Shown here: positions 18,360-27,419 of the stretch, one piece after another
Layout of the letters: every line of letters begins with the position of its first letter
Numbering within the stretch: position 1 is the stretch's first letter
Assembly (NCBI GenBank): GCA_016125455.1
Contig: WGLS01000027.1
Span: 9,954 to 73,953, forward strand
Reading direction: 5' to 3'
Origin: Alphaproteobacteria bacterium
Lineage (GTDB): Bacteria > Pseudomonadota > Alphaproteobacteria > Caulobacterales > Parvularculaceae
DNA length: 64,000 nucleotides
Notes under the pieces: generated by a model
The model's input: only the letters and a program-made list of their open reading frames with translations
Database searches by the model: none
Told to the model about the DNA's origin: nothing
Translations under genes and position numbers: made by a program

Positions 18360-19640
18360 TTAGGACGTTTCGACGCTCTGTCGATATAGGCGGCCGAAAA
18401 AGCCTGCCCAGACGCCATAGGTGAAAAACAGCCACAAAAACTTGTAGCCGATCAGGATGGCCGTCCAGATCCACACGAAAGCGACCAGGATTCCACTGTC
18501 CGCTTCGCCGCCGTTTTGGAGTTTCGAAAGGGACTCGCTCGCCTGGAAGAGCGAGACCACGGTCGCGGACAAGACCGGCAGGATAAGCCCCTCGACCGCG
18601 ATCTGCACAAGCAGAATCACCAGCGCGACGAGCGCGAATGCGCCAGCGAGCCGAAACAGGTTCCAACCCCGGCTGAGACCGAACAGGCCGCCAAGGCCCA
18701 TCGATCGGCTGCAGACCGCGAGGCCCGCATAGGGCGCGAACCGGAGGCTGACATAGATCAGCATCACATAGAACGTCGCCAGGAACGCCGAAAGCGCGAG
18801 CCGGCCGCCGCTGACAGCGCCTGAGACCCGCCCGAGAAGCAACCAGGCAATCGCCGCGAGCAGAACCGCCGTCAGGATCGCGAGGACGCTTGTGCGCGCG
18901 ATGGCGTTGCCGGCGCCAGCCGCCGGACGGTTCCGCGGATGGAAATGAAAAAGGCCGAGGAGAAAAACAACGGCGACGCCAGCCGCCGCGAGCGCGCCGA
19001 GATAACCGTACGAAAACAGCCAGAGTTCGCCGCGCAAGGCGAGCGCCTCCTGAGCCGGCACAAGATCGATCGTGTGCAGACTGTCGGCATTTGGAAAGCT
19101 GGCGTAGGTCTTGCTGAGCGCCGCGTCGATCGCCCTGGCGATGAATGCGAACGCCGCCCAGGCCGGCGCGACGGCCACTGCAGCCAGGACAATCAGGCTG
19201 AGGCCTTGCGCCGCCACGTATCGGGCCTGATCCGGCCCGAACGGCGCGCGCACGAGACCCGGCGCGGGCTTCTCGCCAAGCCCGGCGTACCGGATCAACG
19301 GCGCCATGAACGACGCGACCAGAATGACGTTCACCGCAACAGAGGCGGCCGCAATGGCAAGGATGGGAATGTGGCCCTCAACCAGCGCCTGGCCGACGAA
19401 CCGATGGGCGACGCTCGCCGCCGTCGCAAAGGTTGCGCCCTTCGGCAGGTCGGCAAAGCTGATCAGGCCGCCATTCGCCGTCGACAAGACGCCGAAAACG
19501 GCGGCCATGTCCAGGGTCAGCATGAGGGCGATAGGCACGACGCAGACGCGCGCAATGGTCTCGAGACGCTGGGCGGCGAAGCCGAGACCGCCGCCGGCGA
19601 CGCCAAAGACGTCAAGCCTGGAATACCTGTTGACGGCCAT
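18360..19640 (-). CDS. Multi-pass membrane protein of unknown function (paralogue of previous gene)
   Basis: 426-aa ORF with many hydrophobic helices. See the motif matches listed for 17369-18316. Confidence 0.6.
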   Translation of the reverse strand: MAVNRYSRLDVFGVAGGGLGFAAQRLETIARVCVVPIALMLTLDMAAVFGVLSTANGGLISFADLPKGATFATAASVAHRFVGQALVEGHIPILAIAAASVAVNVILVASFMAPLIRYAGLGEKPAPGLVRAPFGPDQARYVAAQGLSLIVLAAVAVAPAWAAFAFIARAIDAALSKTYASFPNADSLHTIDLVPAQEALALRGELWLFSYGYLGALAAAGVAVVFLLGLFHFHPRNRPAAGAGNAIARTSVLAILTAVLLAAIAWLLLGRVSGAVSGGRLALSAFLATFYVMLIYVSLRFAPYAGLAVCSRSMGLGGLFGLSRGWNLFRLAGAFALVALVILLVQIAVEGLILPVLSATVVSLFQASESLSKLQNGGEADSGILVAFVWIWTAILIGYKFLWLFFTYGVWAGFFGRLYRQSVETS

Positions 19641-19761
19641 TACGCGCCCCTGCCCGAACCCCGGATCGCAGCATGGCGGCGGCCCCGGATGAAGGCAAGG
19701 CGGCGGTTCGCGCGCGTCGGCTGCGCCGCCCGGAAGTCAGCATGGACGCCTCAACAGTCCC

Positions 19762-22116
19762 TCAGGATAGGTTCGCCAGAAACCGCTTCGCGTCAGGGTC
19801 GGCGAGAAAGTCGCTCGTCGGGGTCAGTCCATGCCGCGCGATGAGCAGCGCGGCGAGGTGCAGGACAAACTTTTCCGACTGGAAATAGGCGTTGTGTATG
19901 AGCTCCGATTTCTCGAACTTCATCGCCGTCGACAGCGGGTCCGCGCCGCCGAGGGTCGACAGGTCCGCGTCGGCGAGCAGCATCCGGAGCCGCGTGATCG
20001 CCGCCGGGGCGTCCGCCTCGGAGTTCGCGACCATCTCCGCCTCGACTTCCGGCGGGATCGTGCCAACCTTGTCGACCGCGAAATCCAGGCTTGGGCGCAC
20101 GTCACTGACTTGCTCCCCGAACCCGTCATTTCCGTACGCGGTGGATTTCAGCGTGCCGGTAAGCACGCCCTGGAAAATTGGCGTGAGGATGAATCCGAGC
20201 GCCGTCGCGGCGATGGCGGAAAAAACCAAGAAAATCACGACAAACACCAGTTTGCCGACCAGCGACCTGTCCATTTCGTCGAAAAACTCGACCGACATTC
20301 GGTCAATGTTCACTGAAGGGTCCAGCCACGAGATCAACAGAATCGGGACCTGCGCCGCCTGGCGCAGCCAGTCACTCGACGATTCGATGAAAAGGACGCG
20401 CCACTTGTAGATTGAAAAGTTCAGGAAATACTCCTTGAACGGTTCATCCACTTTCATCACGATGCTGCACGCTGGCAGCGTATCAAACGTTTCGCCAATT
20501 CCCTGCCAGTTCGGATTGCACAGTTTCGCGGTCAGGCCGTCCAGCCGTCGCAAATAGAGCGGCGACATGACGGAAAGCGGGCGCGCAGCGCCAGGATCTG
20601 CGGCATTGCCCCTATCCGTTGCGCCGCGATCGATGATCCAGGTGCGAACTGCCGCCGTGGGCCGCGGCATGCCTTCAAATACCTGCGGCGAAACGATGCC
20701 TTCGAGCGTGCCGGCGCCGAAAAGGTAGTAAGGGTCGGCGATGTCCTGGTCGCGGAACGACTCCTCCTCAAAGCTCAAGAACAAGTCTTCATACCGGGCC
20801 CCCGTTTCCCTCATGTAAGCCGACAGGGGCGCGAAGAGCTCAAGATAGGCGGCGAGGTCCGCGCCGATCCGCTCCACCATCTCGTCGTCCGCGACGCCGG
20901 GCCCGCCGCCGTTTTCAGCGGGTGCGTAGAGGATCGTCCCCTTCGCGCGGTACTCGAACATCTGCATCCACCAGTTGTCGGGACGCCGGATCACTTCCTC
21001 GACCGCCCTCGTCCGCCAAACGTCGTAGAAATTTGCGGCCACAAACGACGACGACGTCCGCACCTTCCCGGCAAGCAGGTAGTGGTGAGCGGGACGGCGG
21101 CGCGAAGCTTCCGAGTCGAGGAGCGCGGCGCTCGGGTCTGCGGCCGCGAACATGATCGGCAGGGGCGGCCCGATGACCCGATCCTCGCCATAGAAATGCC
21201 GGTCAGAAACGACAGCGCCGGTGGTCTGGCTGAACAGCTCCATGAAGATAAACCCGAACGCGAACAGCGAGAACAGCCCGCCGAACAGCGTGCGGAACTG
21301 CACCACTTTCGGTTTGAGGTCCTTGCCGCGGGACAGCGCACGGATCGCCTCGTCCTGCGTGTGGCTCAGCGCCTCGTACCTGCCGTCAAAGATGCGCGAC
21401 AGGCGCCTGGAGCGGAACAGCTTCTGGCGCAGGCCATTCCTTCGTCCGTACCAGTACAAAAGGCCCATGGCGCCAAGCGCGACCCAGGGCTGCGCTGAGC
21501 GGAAGAAATACGCGACATGGTTCACGACATTGTGCGGAAAGGGCTGGCGGAACTGCTTGGGGTCGAAGATCGTCGCCAGCGCCTCGACCGTATAGACGGC
21601 GCCGATCCCGATCGCGAGCAGCAGGAGAATGCGTCCGTAGAGATTGTACCGCGTGAACGGATTGCGGTTCGACCGGAACAGGATCATCGGCGTACCGATT
21701 GTCACGAATGCCCGGATCGCCTCCGCCGCGGCGTCCCTGCGGCGCAGGACCATCAGGGCGAGCGCATGGATGCCAACGCTCCCGCCATGGCTGTGGCCGA
21801 TAACGATTGGCCGCTCGGCCCCGCCGATTGCGGCCGCAAGTCTTGTCGCCGCCCGCCGGCGGTCAGTTTCGGAATTTTTGCCGGACCAGTGGAAAGGCCG
21901 GATGCGAAGCGGCTCCTCGACGCAGGCCTGCAACCGCTCGAGGAATTCCGACCCCCGCTGCCACCATTTCTCGCCTGCATCCGCGGCGTCGCCGGCGAAC
22001 GTGCCGTGAACGGTGATGAGATCCACCGGCTCATTCTTCATTGGACAAGGCCCCCGCCCCCGATGGCCGCCCCGACGGCCTGGCGCGATTGTGCCGCCAT
22101 GGGGCGGCAATGTCAT
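19762..22116 (-). CDS. Large membrane protein with N-terminal lipase-like alpha/beta-hydrolase module, function unknown
   Basis: VDLITVHGTFAGD...WWQRGSEF...FHWSGKNSE...RPIVIGHSHGGSVG (GxSxG) is followed by about 4 hydrophobic helices and a loop of roughly 300 aa. The start is uncertain (ATG 22116 or ATG 22041, MKNEPVDL). Confidence 0.6.
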   Translation of the reverse strand: MTLPPHGGTIAPGRRGGHRGRGPCPMKNEPVDLITVHGTFAGDAADAGEKWWQRGSEFLERLQACVEEPLRIRPFHWSGKNSETDRRRAATRLAAAIGGAERPIVIGHSHGGSVGIHALALMVLRRRDAAAEAIRAFVTIGTPMILFRSNRNPFTRYNLYGRILLLLAIGIGAVYTVEALATIFDPKQFRQPFPHNVVNHVAYFFRSAQPWVALGAMGLLYWYGRRNGLRQKLFRSRRLSRIFDGRYEALSHTQDEAIRALSRGKDLKPKVVQFRTLFGGLFSLFAFGFIFMELFSQTTGAVVSDRHFYGEDRVIGPPLPIMFAAADPSAALLDSEASRRRPAHHYLLAGKVRTSSSFVAANFYDVWRTRAVEEVIRRPDNWWMQMFEYRAKGTILYAPAENGGGPGVADDEMVERIGADLAAYLELFAPLSAYMRETGARYEDLFLSFEEESFRDQDIADPYYLFGAGTLEGIVSPQVFEGMPRPTAAVRTWIIDRGATDRGNAADPGAARPLSVMSPLYLRRLDGLTAKLCNPNWQGIGETFDTLPACSIVMKVDEPFKEYFLNFSIYKWRVLFIESSSDWLRQAAQVPILLISWLDPSVNIDRMSVEFFDEMDRSLVGKLVFVVIFLVFSAIAATALGFILTPIFQGVLTGTLKSTAYGNDGFGEQVSDVRPSLDFAVDKVGTIPPEVEAEMVANSEADAPAAITRLRMLLADADLSTLGGADPLSTAMKFEKSELIHNAYFQSEKFVLHLAALLIARHGLTPTSDFLADPDAKRFLANLS

Positions 22117-22177
22117 CCCGGCAGGGGGCGCCGACCCGGCTTAACAAGTCTGTCGCAGCGTCCTAAACCGGCGCGCT

Positions 22178-23593
22178 ATGACATCCGAACCGATTCACAT
22201 CATCGGCGGCGGCCTCGCTGGCTCCGAAGCGGCATGGCAAGCCGCCGAAGCCGGCGCACAGGTCGTCCTGCACGAAATGCGGCCCGTACGCGGCACGGAC
22301 GCCCACCAGACCGACGGTCTCGCCGAGCTTGTCTGTTCCAACTCGTTCCGGTCCGACGACCCCTACGGCAATGCGGTCGGGCTCCTGCACGAGGAAATGC
22401 GGCGCGCCGGCTCGCTCATTTTAAGGTCGGGCGACGCTCACAAGTTGCCTGCCGGCGGGGCGCTCGCCGTCGATCGCGACGCCTTCTCCGCCGAGGTCAC
22501 CAAGGCGATCGAAGGCCACGCGCGCATCGAAATCCGGCGGGAGGAAATTGCCGGTCTCCCGCCCGCCGACTGGTCGAACGTCGTCATTGCTACCGGGCCA
22601 CTGACATCGCCTGCCCTCGCTGAGGCGATCCGAACGGAGACAGGCGAGGACGCCCTCGCCTTCTTCGATGCGATCGCGCCGATCGTCACCAGGGAGTCCA
22701 TCGACTTCGACGTCGCGTGGATGCAATCGCGCTATGACAAGGCCGGTCCTGGCGGCGACGGCGCCGACTACGTCAACTGCCCGATGGATGAGGCACAGTA
22801 CAATGCCTTCTTCGACGCGCTGCTCGGCGGCGAGATGACCGAGTTCAAGGAGTGGGAGAAATCGACGCCCTATTTTGAGGGCTGCCTGCCGATCGAGGTC
22901 ATGGCCTCGCGCGGCCGCGAGACCCTTCGCTTCGGGCCGATGAAGCCTGTCGGCCTTACCGACCCGCGCACCGGCAGGCGCCCTCACGCCGTAGTTCAGT
23001 TGCGCCAGGACAACGCCCTCGGCACGCTCTACAACATGGTCGGCTTCCAGACGAAGCTTAAGTATGGTGCTCAGAAGTCTGTTTTTTCAATGATTCCTGG
23101 TCTTGAGCAGGCAGACTTCGTAAGACTGGGCGGCATCCACCGGAACACGTTCATCAATTCCCCGAAACTTCTGGATCAAAGTCTTCGACTTAAAGTCCGC
23201 CCGGCGCTTCGCTTCGCCGGCCAGGTCACCGGGGTCGAAGGTTATGTGGAAAGCGCCGCCATCGGCTTGCTGGCGGGCCGCGCAGCCGCCGCGGACGCTC
23301 TGGGCGCGACTTTCGCGCCGCCGCCGGCGACAACGGCCCTTGGCGCGCTCCTCGCCCACGTCACGGGCGGCCATTTGTCTGACGGCGCCGGCGCAAAAGG
23401 CGCGTTCCAGCCGATGAACGTGAATTTCGGCCTATTTCCCGACATCAGCGGCCCGTTCAAGGGACCGAACGGAGAGCGGCTGCGCGGCAAGGACAAGGGA
23501 CGCGCCAAAAAGCGCGCCGTAGCCGAACGGGCGCTCAATGACCTGGGCCGATGGATCACAGCGGCCTGTGAGCCTATGCAGGCTGCGGAATGA
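22178..23593 (+). CDS. trmFO: Methylenetetrahydrofolate--tRNA-(uracil54-C5)-methyltransferase TrmFO
   Basis: [16 protein letters not shown]...[11 protein letters not shown]...[16 protein letters not shown]...[12 protein letters not shown]. Confidence 0.95.
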   Translation: MTSEPIHIIGGGLAGSEAAWQAAEAGAQVVLHEMRPVRGTDAHQTDGLAELVCSNSFRSDDPYGNAVGLLHEEMRRAGSLILRSGDAHKLPAGGALAVDRDAFSAEVTKAIEGHARIEIRREEIAGLPPADWSNVVIATGPLTSPALAEAIRTETGEDALAFFDAIAPIVTRESIDFDVAWMQSRYDKAGPGGDGADYVNCPMDEAQYNAFFDALLGGEMTEFKEWEKSTPYFEGCLPIEVMASRGRETLRFGPMKPVGLTDPRTGRRPHAVVQLRQDNALGTLYNMVGFQTKLKYGAQKSVFSMIPGLEQADFVRLGGIHRNTFINSPKLLDQSLRLKVRPALRFAGQVTGVEGYVESAAIGLLAGRAAAADALGATFAPPPATTALGALLAHVTGGHLSDGAGAKGAFQPMNVNFGLFPDISGPFKGPNGERLRGKDKGRAKKRAVAERALNDLGRWITAACEPMQAAE

Positions 23594-23811
23594 GGATGCA
23601 AGAAAATGTAAGGCCGCGACGACCGAAGCCGCCGCGGCCTCCCTTGCGTGCTTGCTGGGGGAGAATAGCCGCACGGTCGGGACCTGAATGCAATCAAGGG
23701 TTTAAGTTGACAGCGACGACCACTTACAGCCGAGGGGCGCGGCATGCCGCCGGGTGTGTCGAGGATATGACAACGACCGGTGTCTTGGTCAACAGTCCTA
23801 GAATGAAGATT

Positions 23812-23824
23812 GTGATAATATCAC
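23812..23824. promoter_or_regulatory. Palindrome GTGATA-A-TATCAC; candidate TetR operator
   Basis: Perfect 6-bp arms read directly. It sits 24 nt upstream of the tetR GTG start and next to its SD (GAGGGGGA), inside an A/T-rich patch. Confidence 0.4.
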
Positions 23825-23847
23825 TTTTGACCGAGGGGGACGTCTGA

Positions 23848-24531
23848 GTGGATGCGACAGAGGACCGGCTCAAGGCGGTCGACGAACATCTGCGGGCGCT
23901 CAGTCGGATGCGCCCAAGCCATGGCTATGCCGGCACCCATTCGGCGAAGGGCGCGCGGACTGTCCAGACAATACTCAAAGCCGCCGAAGAGGTCTTCACC
24001 GAAGTCGGCCATGCCGGCCTTTCCCTGCGTCAGGTTGCGTCGCGGTCAGGCGTGACCGTCGGCAACCTGAACTACTATTTCCCTTCAAAGCGCGCCCTAC
24101 TCGACGCCATGCTGCGGGAGTCCCTCGCCGACTATGTCGACGCACATATCGCGCCGGTCCTGGCGGAGGATATTACCCCGATGGAGGCGTTCCTGAGGGT
24201 CGTCGAATTCTACGTCACCAACGGACGCGAGCGGCACCGGCTCTTCTTCCAGATATGGGGGTTTGCGGCGTCGGACGATGACGCCAAGGATCTTGTCGCC
24301 GAACTTTATCGCGCCGTCGGCCGCTTCATGAGGCGACTGATCAAGGCCGCGAACCCGAACCTTTCTGATGACGAGGCGCGGCGCGCAGTCGTCTCGATTT
24401 TCTCAATCGAGGAAGGCATGAAGCTGTTCATTGGCCTTGGGCCGGAAGGCGACCAGTCCCTTCACTACGCCGAAGAGGAGATCAGGCGACTGGCGCAGCG
24501 TATCGTGTCGGGCGACATCGCACGAGCCTGA
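23848..24531 (+). CDS. TetR/AcrR-family transcriptional regulator
   Basis: ILKAAEEVFTEVGHAGLSLRQVASRSGVTVGNLNYYFPSKRALL is the TetR HTH. GTG start with a good SD. Confidence 0.85.
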   Translation: MDATEDRLKAVDEHLRALSRMRPSHGYAGTHSAKGARTVQTILKAAEEVFTEVGHAGLSLRQVASRSGVTVGNLNYYFPSKRALLDAMLRESLADYVDAHIAPVLAEDITPMEAFLRVVEFYVTNGRERHRLFFQIWGFAASDDDAKDLVAELYRAVGRFMRRLIKAANPNLSDDEARRAVVSIFSIEEGMKLFIGLGPEGDQSLHYAEEEIRRLAQRIVSGDIARA

Positions 24532-24583
24532 CCGCAGCCGCCGCATTAACGCCGATCGAACTGGCAAGGGAGCGTCGACAAGC

Positions 24584-25501
24584 ATGAATGACCGCACCGG
24601 ACTGCCCGATAGCGTCGACCTGTTGATCGAGCCACGCTCCCGCGATCTTGGCGGCTTTACCGTGGGACGGGTCCTCCCGTACGCCAAACGCCGGCTTGTC
24701 GGCCCGTTCATTTTTTTCGACGTGATGGGCCCATCGCGCTTTGCGCCCGGCGAAGGCGTCGACGTTCGGCCACACCCTCACATCGGCCTTGCAACCGTCA
24801 CCTACCTTTTCGAGGGCGAACTACGGCATCGGGACAATCTCGGCTGCGATCAGGTGATCCGGCCGGGCGACGTCAACTGGATGACCGCGGGACGCGGCAT
24901 CGTTCATTCCGAGCGAACTGATGATGCGCCGCGGGCGGCCGGGCAGAGGCTTTATGGCATCCAGACCTGGGTGGCGCTTCCGGCCTCGGACGAGGAAACA
25001 GCGCCATCGTTCCACCATCATCCCGCGGCCGACCTGCCGACGATCGAACGCGACGGCGCGACGTATACGCTTATCGCCGGCGCGGCGTTCGGCGCCGTCT
25101 CGCCCGTCCGAACGTTCTCGCCAATATACTACGCGGCAGTCGACGCCGACGCCGGCGCGCCGATCGATCCCGTCGCGGAGCATGTGGAACGCGCGATCTA
25201 CGTGGTTGACGGCCCCGTCGAAATCGACGGGACGCGCATTCCCGAAAATACGATGGCGGTCCTGAAATCCGGCGCCTCGCCGAAGATTCGCGCGACGGAG
25301 ATGAGCCGCCTGATGTTGCTTGGCGGCGCGAATATTGGTGAACGGAAAATATGGTGGAACCTTGTCGCGACGGATGAGGCTAAAATCAACGCCGCCCGAA
25401 AACGCTGGGCTGACGCGGCAGCCTCAGGCTTCGAGGAAGCCGGCGATTTCGCCCTGCCGCCGGGCGAGACCGAGCATATTCCGCTGCCTGACGGCCCGTA
25501 G
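24584..25501 (+). CDS. Pirin-family protein
   Basis: RDLGGFTVGRVLP...VGPFIFFD...RPHPHIGLATVTYLFEGE..HRD...GDVNWMTAGRGIVHSE. Start trimmed to the ATG at 24584. Confidence 0.9.
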   Translation: MNDRTGLPDSVDLLIEPRSRDLGGFTVGRVLPYAKRRLVGPFIFFDVMGPSRFAPGEGVDVRPHPHIGLATVTYLFEGELRHRDNLGCDQVIRPGDVNWMTAGRGIVHSERTDDAPRAAGQRLYGIQTWVALPASDEETAPSFHHHPAADLPTIERDGATYTLIAGAAFGAVSPVRTFSPIYYAAVDADAGAPIDPVAEHVERAIYVVDGPVEIDGTRIPENTMAVLKSGASPKIRATEMSRLMLLGGANIGERKIWWNLVATDEAKINAARKRWADAAASGFEEAGDFALPPGETEHIPLPDGP

Positions 25502-25552
25502 ACTGACGGTCCATAGTTCGCCGGTCCATAGTCCGCCGGCCCATAGAAGGAA
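25493..25552. repeat. Four tandem 15-bp units GGYCCRTAG-N6 in the pirin/SDR intergenic region
   Basis: Read directly: ggcccgtagactgac ggtccatagttcgcc ggtccatagtccgcc ggcccatagaaggaa. The first unit contains the pirin stop codon. Confidence 0.85.
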
Positions 25553-25569
25553 AGCAATCCTTGCCACGC

Positions 25570-26328
25570 ATGGCGATCTATCCCGCCCCTGATGCGCCGA
25601 CGCCGCAACTTGACGGCGCCTATGCCCTCGTCACCGGCGCTTCTCGCGGCATCGGCCAGGCGATGGCGATTGCGCTCGCCGGCGCCGGCGCTCATGTACT
25701 CGCCCTCGCCCGCACCGTCGGCGGGCTGGAGGAACTCGACGACAAGATAAGGGCCCGCAAGGGCAAATGCTCACTCATTCCGGGAGACGTCACGGATCCC
25801 GAAGCAATCGAACGCCTTGGCGCGGTGATCCTCGAGCGCTTCGGCCGGCTCGACATCCTGCTCGCAAACGCCGGCGACCTTGGCGAACTCGCGCCCCTGC
25901 CCGACGTCGATCCGAAAATCTGGAGCCGCACATTCGACGTCAATGTTCATGCAAACTGGCGGCTACTGAAGGCGCTTGACCCTGCGCTCAGGGCGAGCGC
26001 GGCCGGCCGCGCAATATTCCTGACATCACGCGTCGGCGGCCAGGAGGCGCGGGCGTTCTGGGGAGCCTACGCCGCCTCGAAAGCGGCGCTGGAAATGCTC
26101 GCAAAGACGTATGCGGAAGAAACTGCATCGACCGAGGTGCGCGTTGCGCTGATCGACCCTGGCGCCATGCGCACGAAGATGCGCGCGCAGGCGATGCCTG
26201 GCGAAGACGCCGCGACGCTGCCCAACCCTTCCGAGCTTGCGCCGCTGGTTCTTTATGCGGCTTCGGAGGACTATGACGGCCGCGCCGAACGGCTGTCCTT
26301 CAGGGAATGGAAGGCGGCGCACGCATGA
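25570..26328 (+). CDS. SDR-family oxidoreductase
   Basis: ALVTGASRGIGQAMA...NAG...YAASKAALE (TGxxxGxG and YxxxK). Start trimmed to the ATG at 25570. Confidence 0.85.
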   Translation: MAIYPAPDAPTPQLDGAYALVTGASRGIGQAMAIALAGAGAHVLALARTVGGLEELDDKIRARKGKCSLIPGDVTDPEAIERLGAVILERFGRLDILLANAGDLGELAPLPDVDPKIWSRTFDVNVHANWRLLKALDPALRASAAGRAIFLTSRVGGQEARAFWGAYAASKAALEMLAKTYAEETASTEVRVALIDPGAMRTKMRAQAMPGEDAATLPNPSELAPLVLYAASEDYDGRAERLSFREWKAAHA

Positions 26329-27374
26329 AAGCCTCATTGCAATTCCTGATCGCCGCGGTCGCGTTGGCTGCCTCAGGCGCTGGCGCGGCGGCGCGGACGG
26401 AGCAACTCGCATCGCAACAAGGCGCATCGCAATACGACACATCCGAAGACCTCACATTGACCGACGGCGTGGCGACGGCCGGCCCGACGTCCAACGCGGC
26501 GACTTCGACCGGATGGCCCGAGCCGGACCCGCGTGAGTTGCCGGACGGTCCGGACAAGGAGCAAATTCTGTACGGTGAGCGGCTGATCCGTGAGACGTAT
26601 GGCGTCATCGGCCCCGAAGTCGCGAACTCATCCATGCGCTACGCCGGCAACAACCTTGCGTGCGGCGCTTGTCATCTCGACGGCGGCAGACGTCAGGGCG
26701 GACTGTCGTTGATTGGCGTCCATGACGCCTATCCGGCGAACATGGCTCGCGAGAATGAACTGCGCAGCCTGACGCAACGCATAAATGGCTGCATGGAGCG
26801 GAGCATGAACGGCCGGGCATTGCCCGAAGACTCCAACGAAATCGCCGCCATGATCGCGTACATTCGTTTCCTGAGCGACGCCGCGCCGGCTAATCTCGAT
26901 GGCAGGGGCGCGCCGGGACTTGAGTATCTTGAGCGCGCCGCGGATCCGGCCAAAGGCGCGGTCGTTTTCGAGTCCCACTGCGCGTCGTGCCACGGCGCCG
27001 ATGGGCTAGGCGTCCGCAATGGCGAGATCGGGGACGCCGCAGGCTATCTTTATCCGCCCTTGTGGGGTCCCGACAGCTTCAATGACGGCGCGGGAATGCA
27101 CCGCATCACCAAGGCCGCCGCATTCATACGCTCGAACATGCCCTTTGGCGTAACCTTCGATGCGCCGATCCTGACGCCGGAAGAAGCATACGACGTCGCA
27201 GCGTATATCAACGTTCAGAACCGTCCCCACAAGGATGGGCTTGATCGCGATTACCCCGATCGGTCAAGAAAGCCTGTCGACGCGCCTTTCGAGCCCTTCG
27301 CCGACGATTTTCCGCTTGCGCAACACAAGTTCGGTCCGTGGAAGCCGATCGCGGAAGCCCGCAAGAAAAACTAG
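26325..27374 (+). CDS. Dihaem c-type cytochrome, TsdA (thiosulfate dehydrogenase)-like, exported
   Basis: Signal peptide MKASLQFLIAAVALAASGAGAAA. Two CxxCH motifs (CGACH, CASCH). RINGCMERSMNG resembles the Cys-ligand region of TsdA-type cytochromes. The ATG overlaps the SDR stop (ATGA). Confidence 0.6.
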   Translation: MKASLQFLIAAVALAASGAGAAARTEQLASQQGASQYDTSEDLTLTDGVATAGPTSNAATSTGWPEPDPRELPDGPDKEQILYGERLIRETYGVIGPEVANSSMRYAGNNLACGACHLDGGRRQGGLSLIGVHDAYPANMARENELRSLTQRINGCMERSMNGRALPEDSNEIAAMIAYIRFLSDAAPANLDGRGAPGLEYLERAADPAKGAVVFESHCASCHGADGLGVRNGEIGDAAGYLYPPLWGPDSFNDGAGMHRITKAAAFIRSNMPFGVTFDAPILTPEEAYDVAAYINVQNRPHKDGLDRDYPDRSRKPVDAPFEPFADDFPLAQHKFGPWKPIAEARKKN

Positions 27375-27419
27375 TGCGGTCCATTCTCGTCGGCGGCTGG
27401 CGCGGACGCCGACGCAACG

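Noticed and set aside
21517-22623. 368-aa plus-strand ORF crossing the 784-aa gene/trmFO boundary
   Set aside because: It runs through an intergenic region and out of frame over the highly conserved TrmFO N-terminus. It is an Arg-rich shadow ORF.
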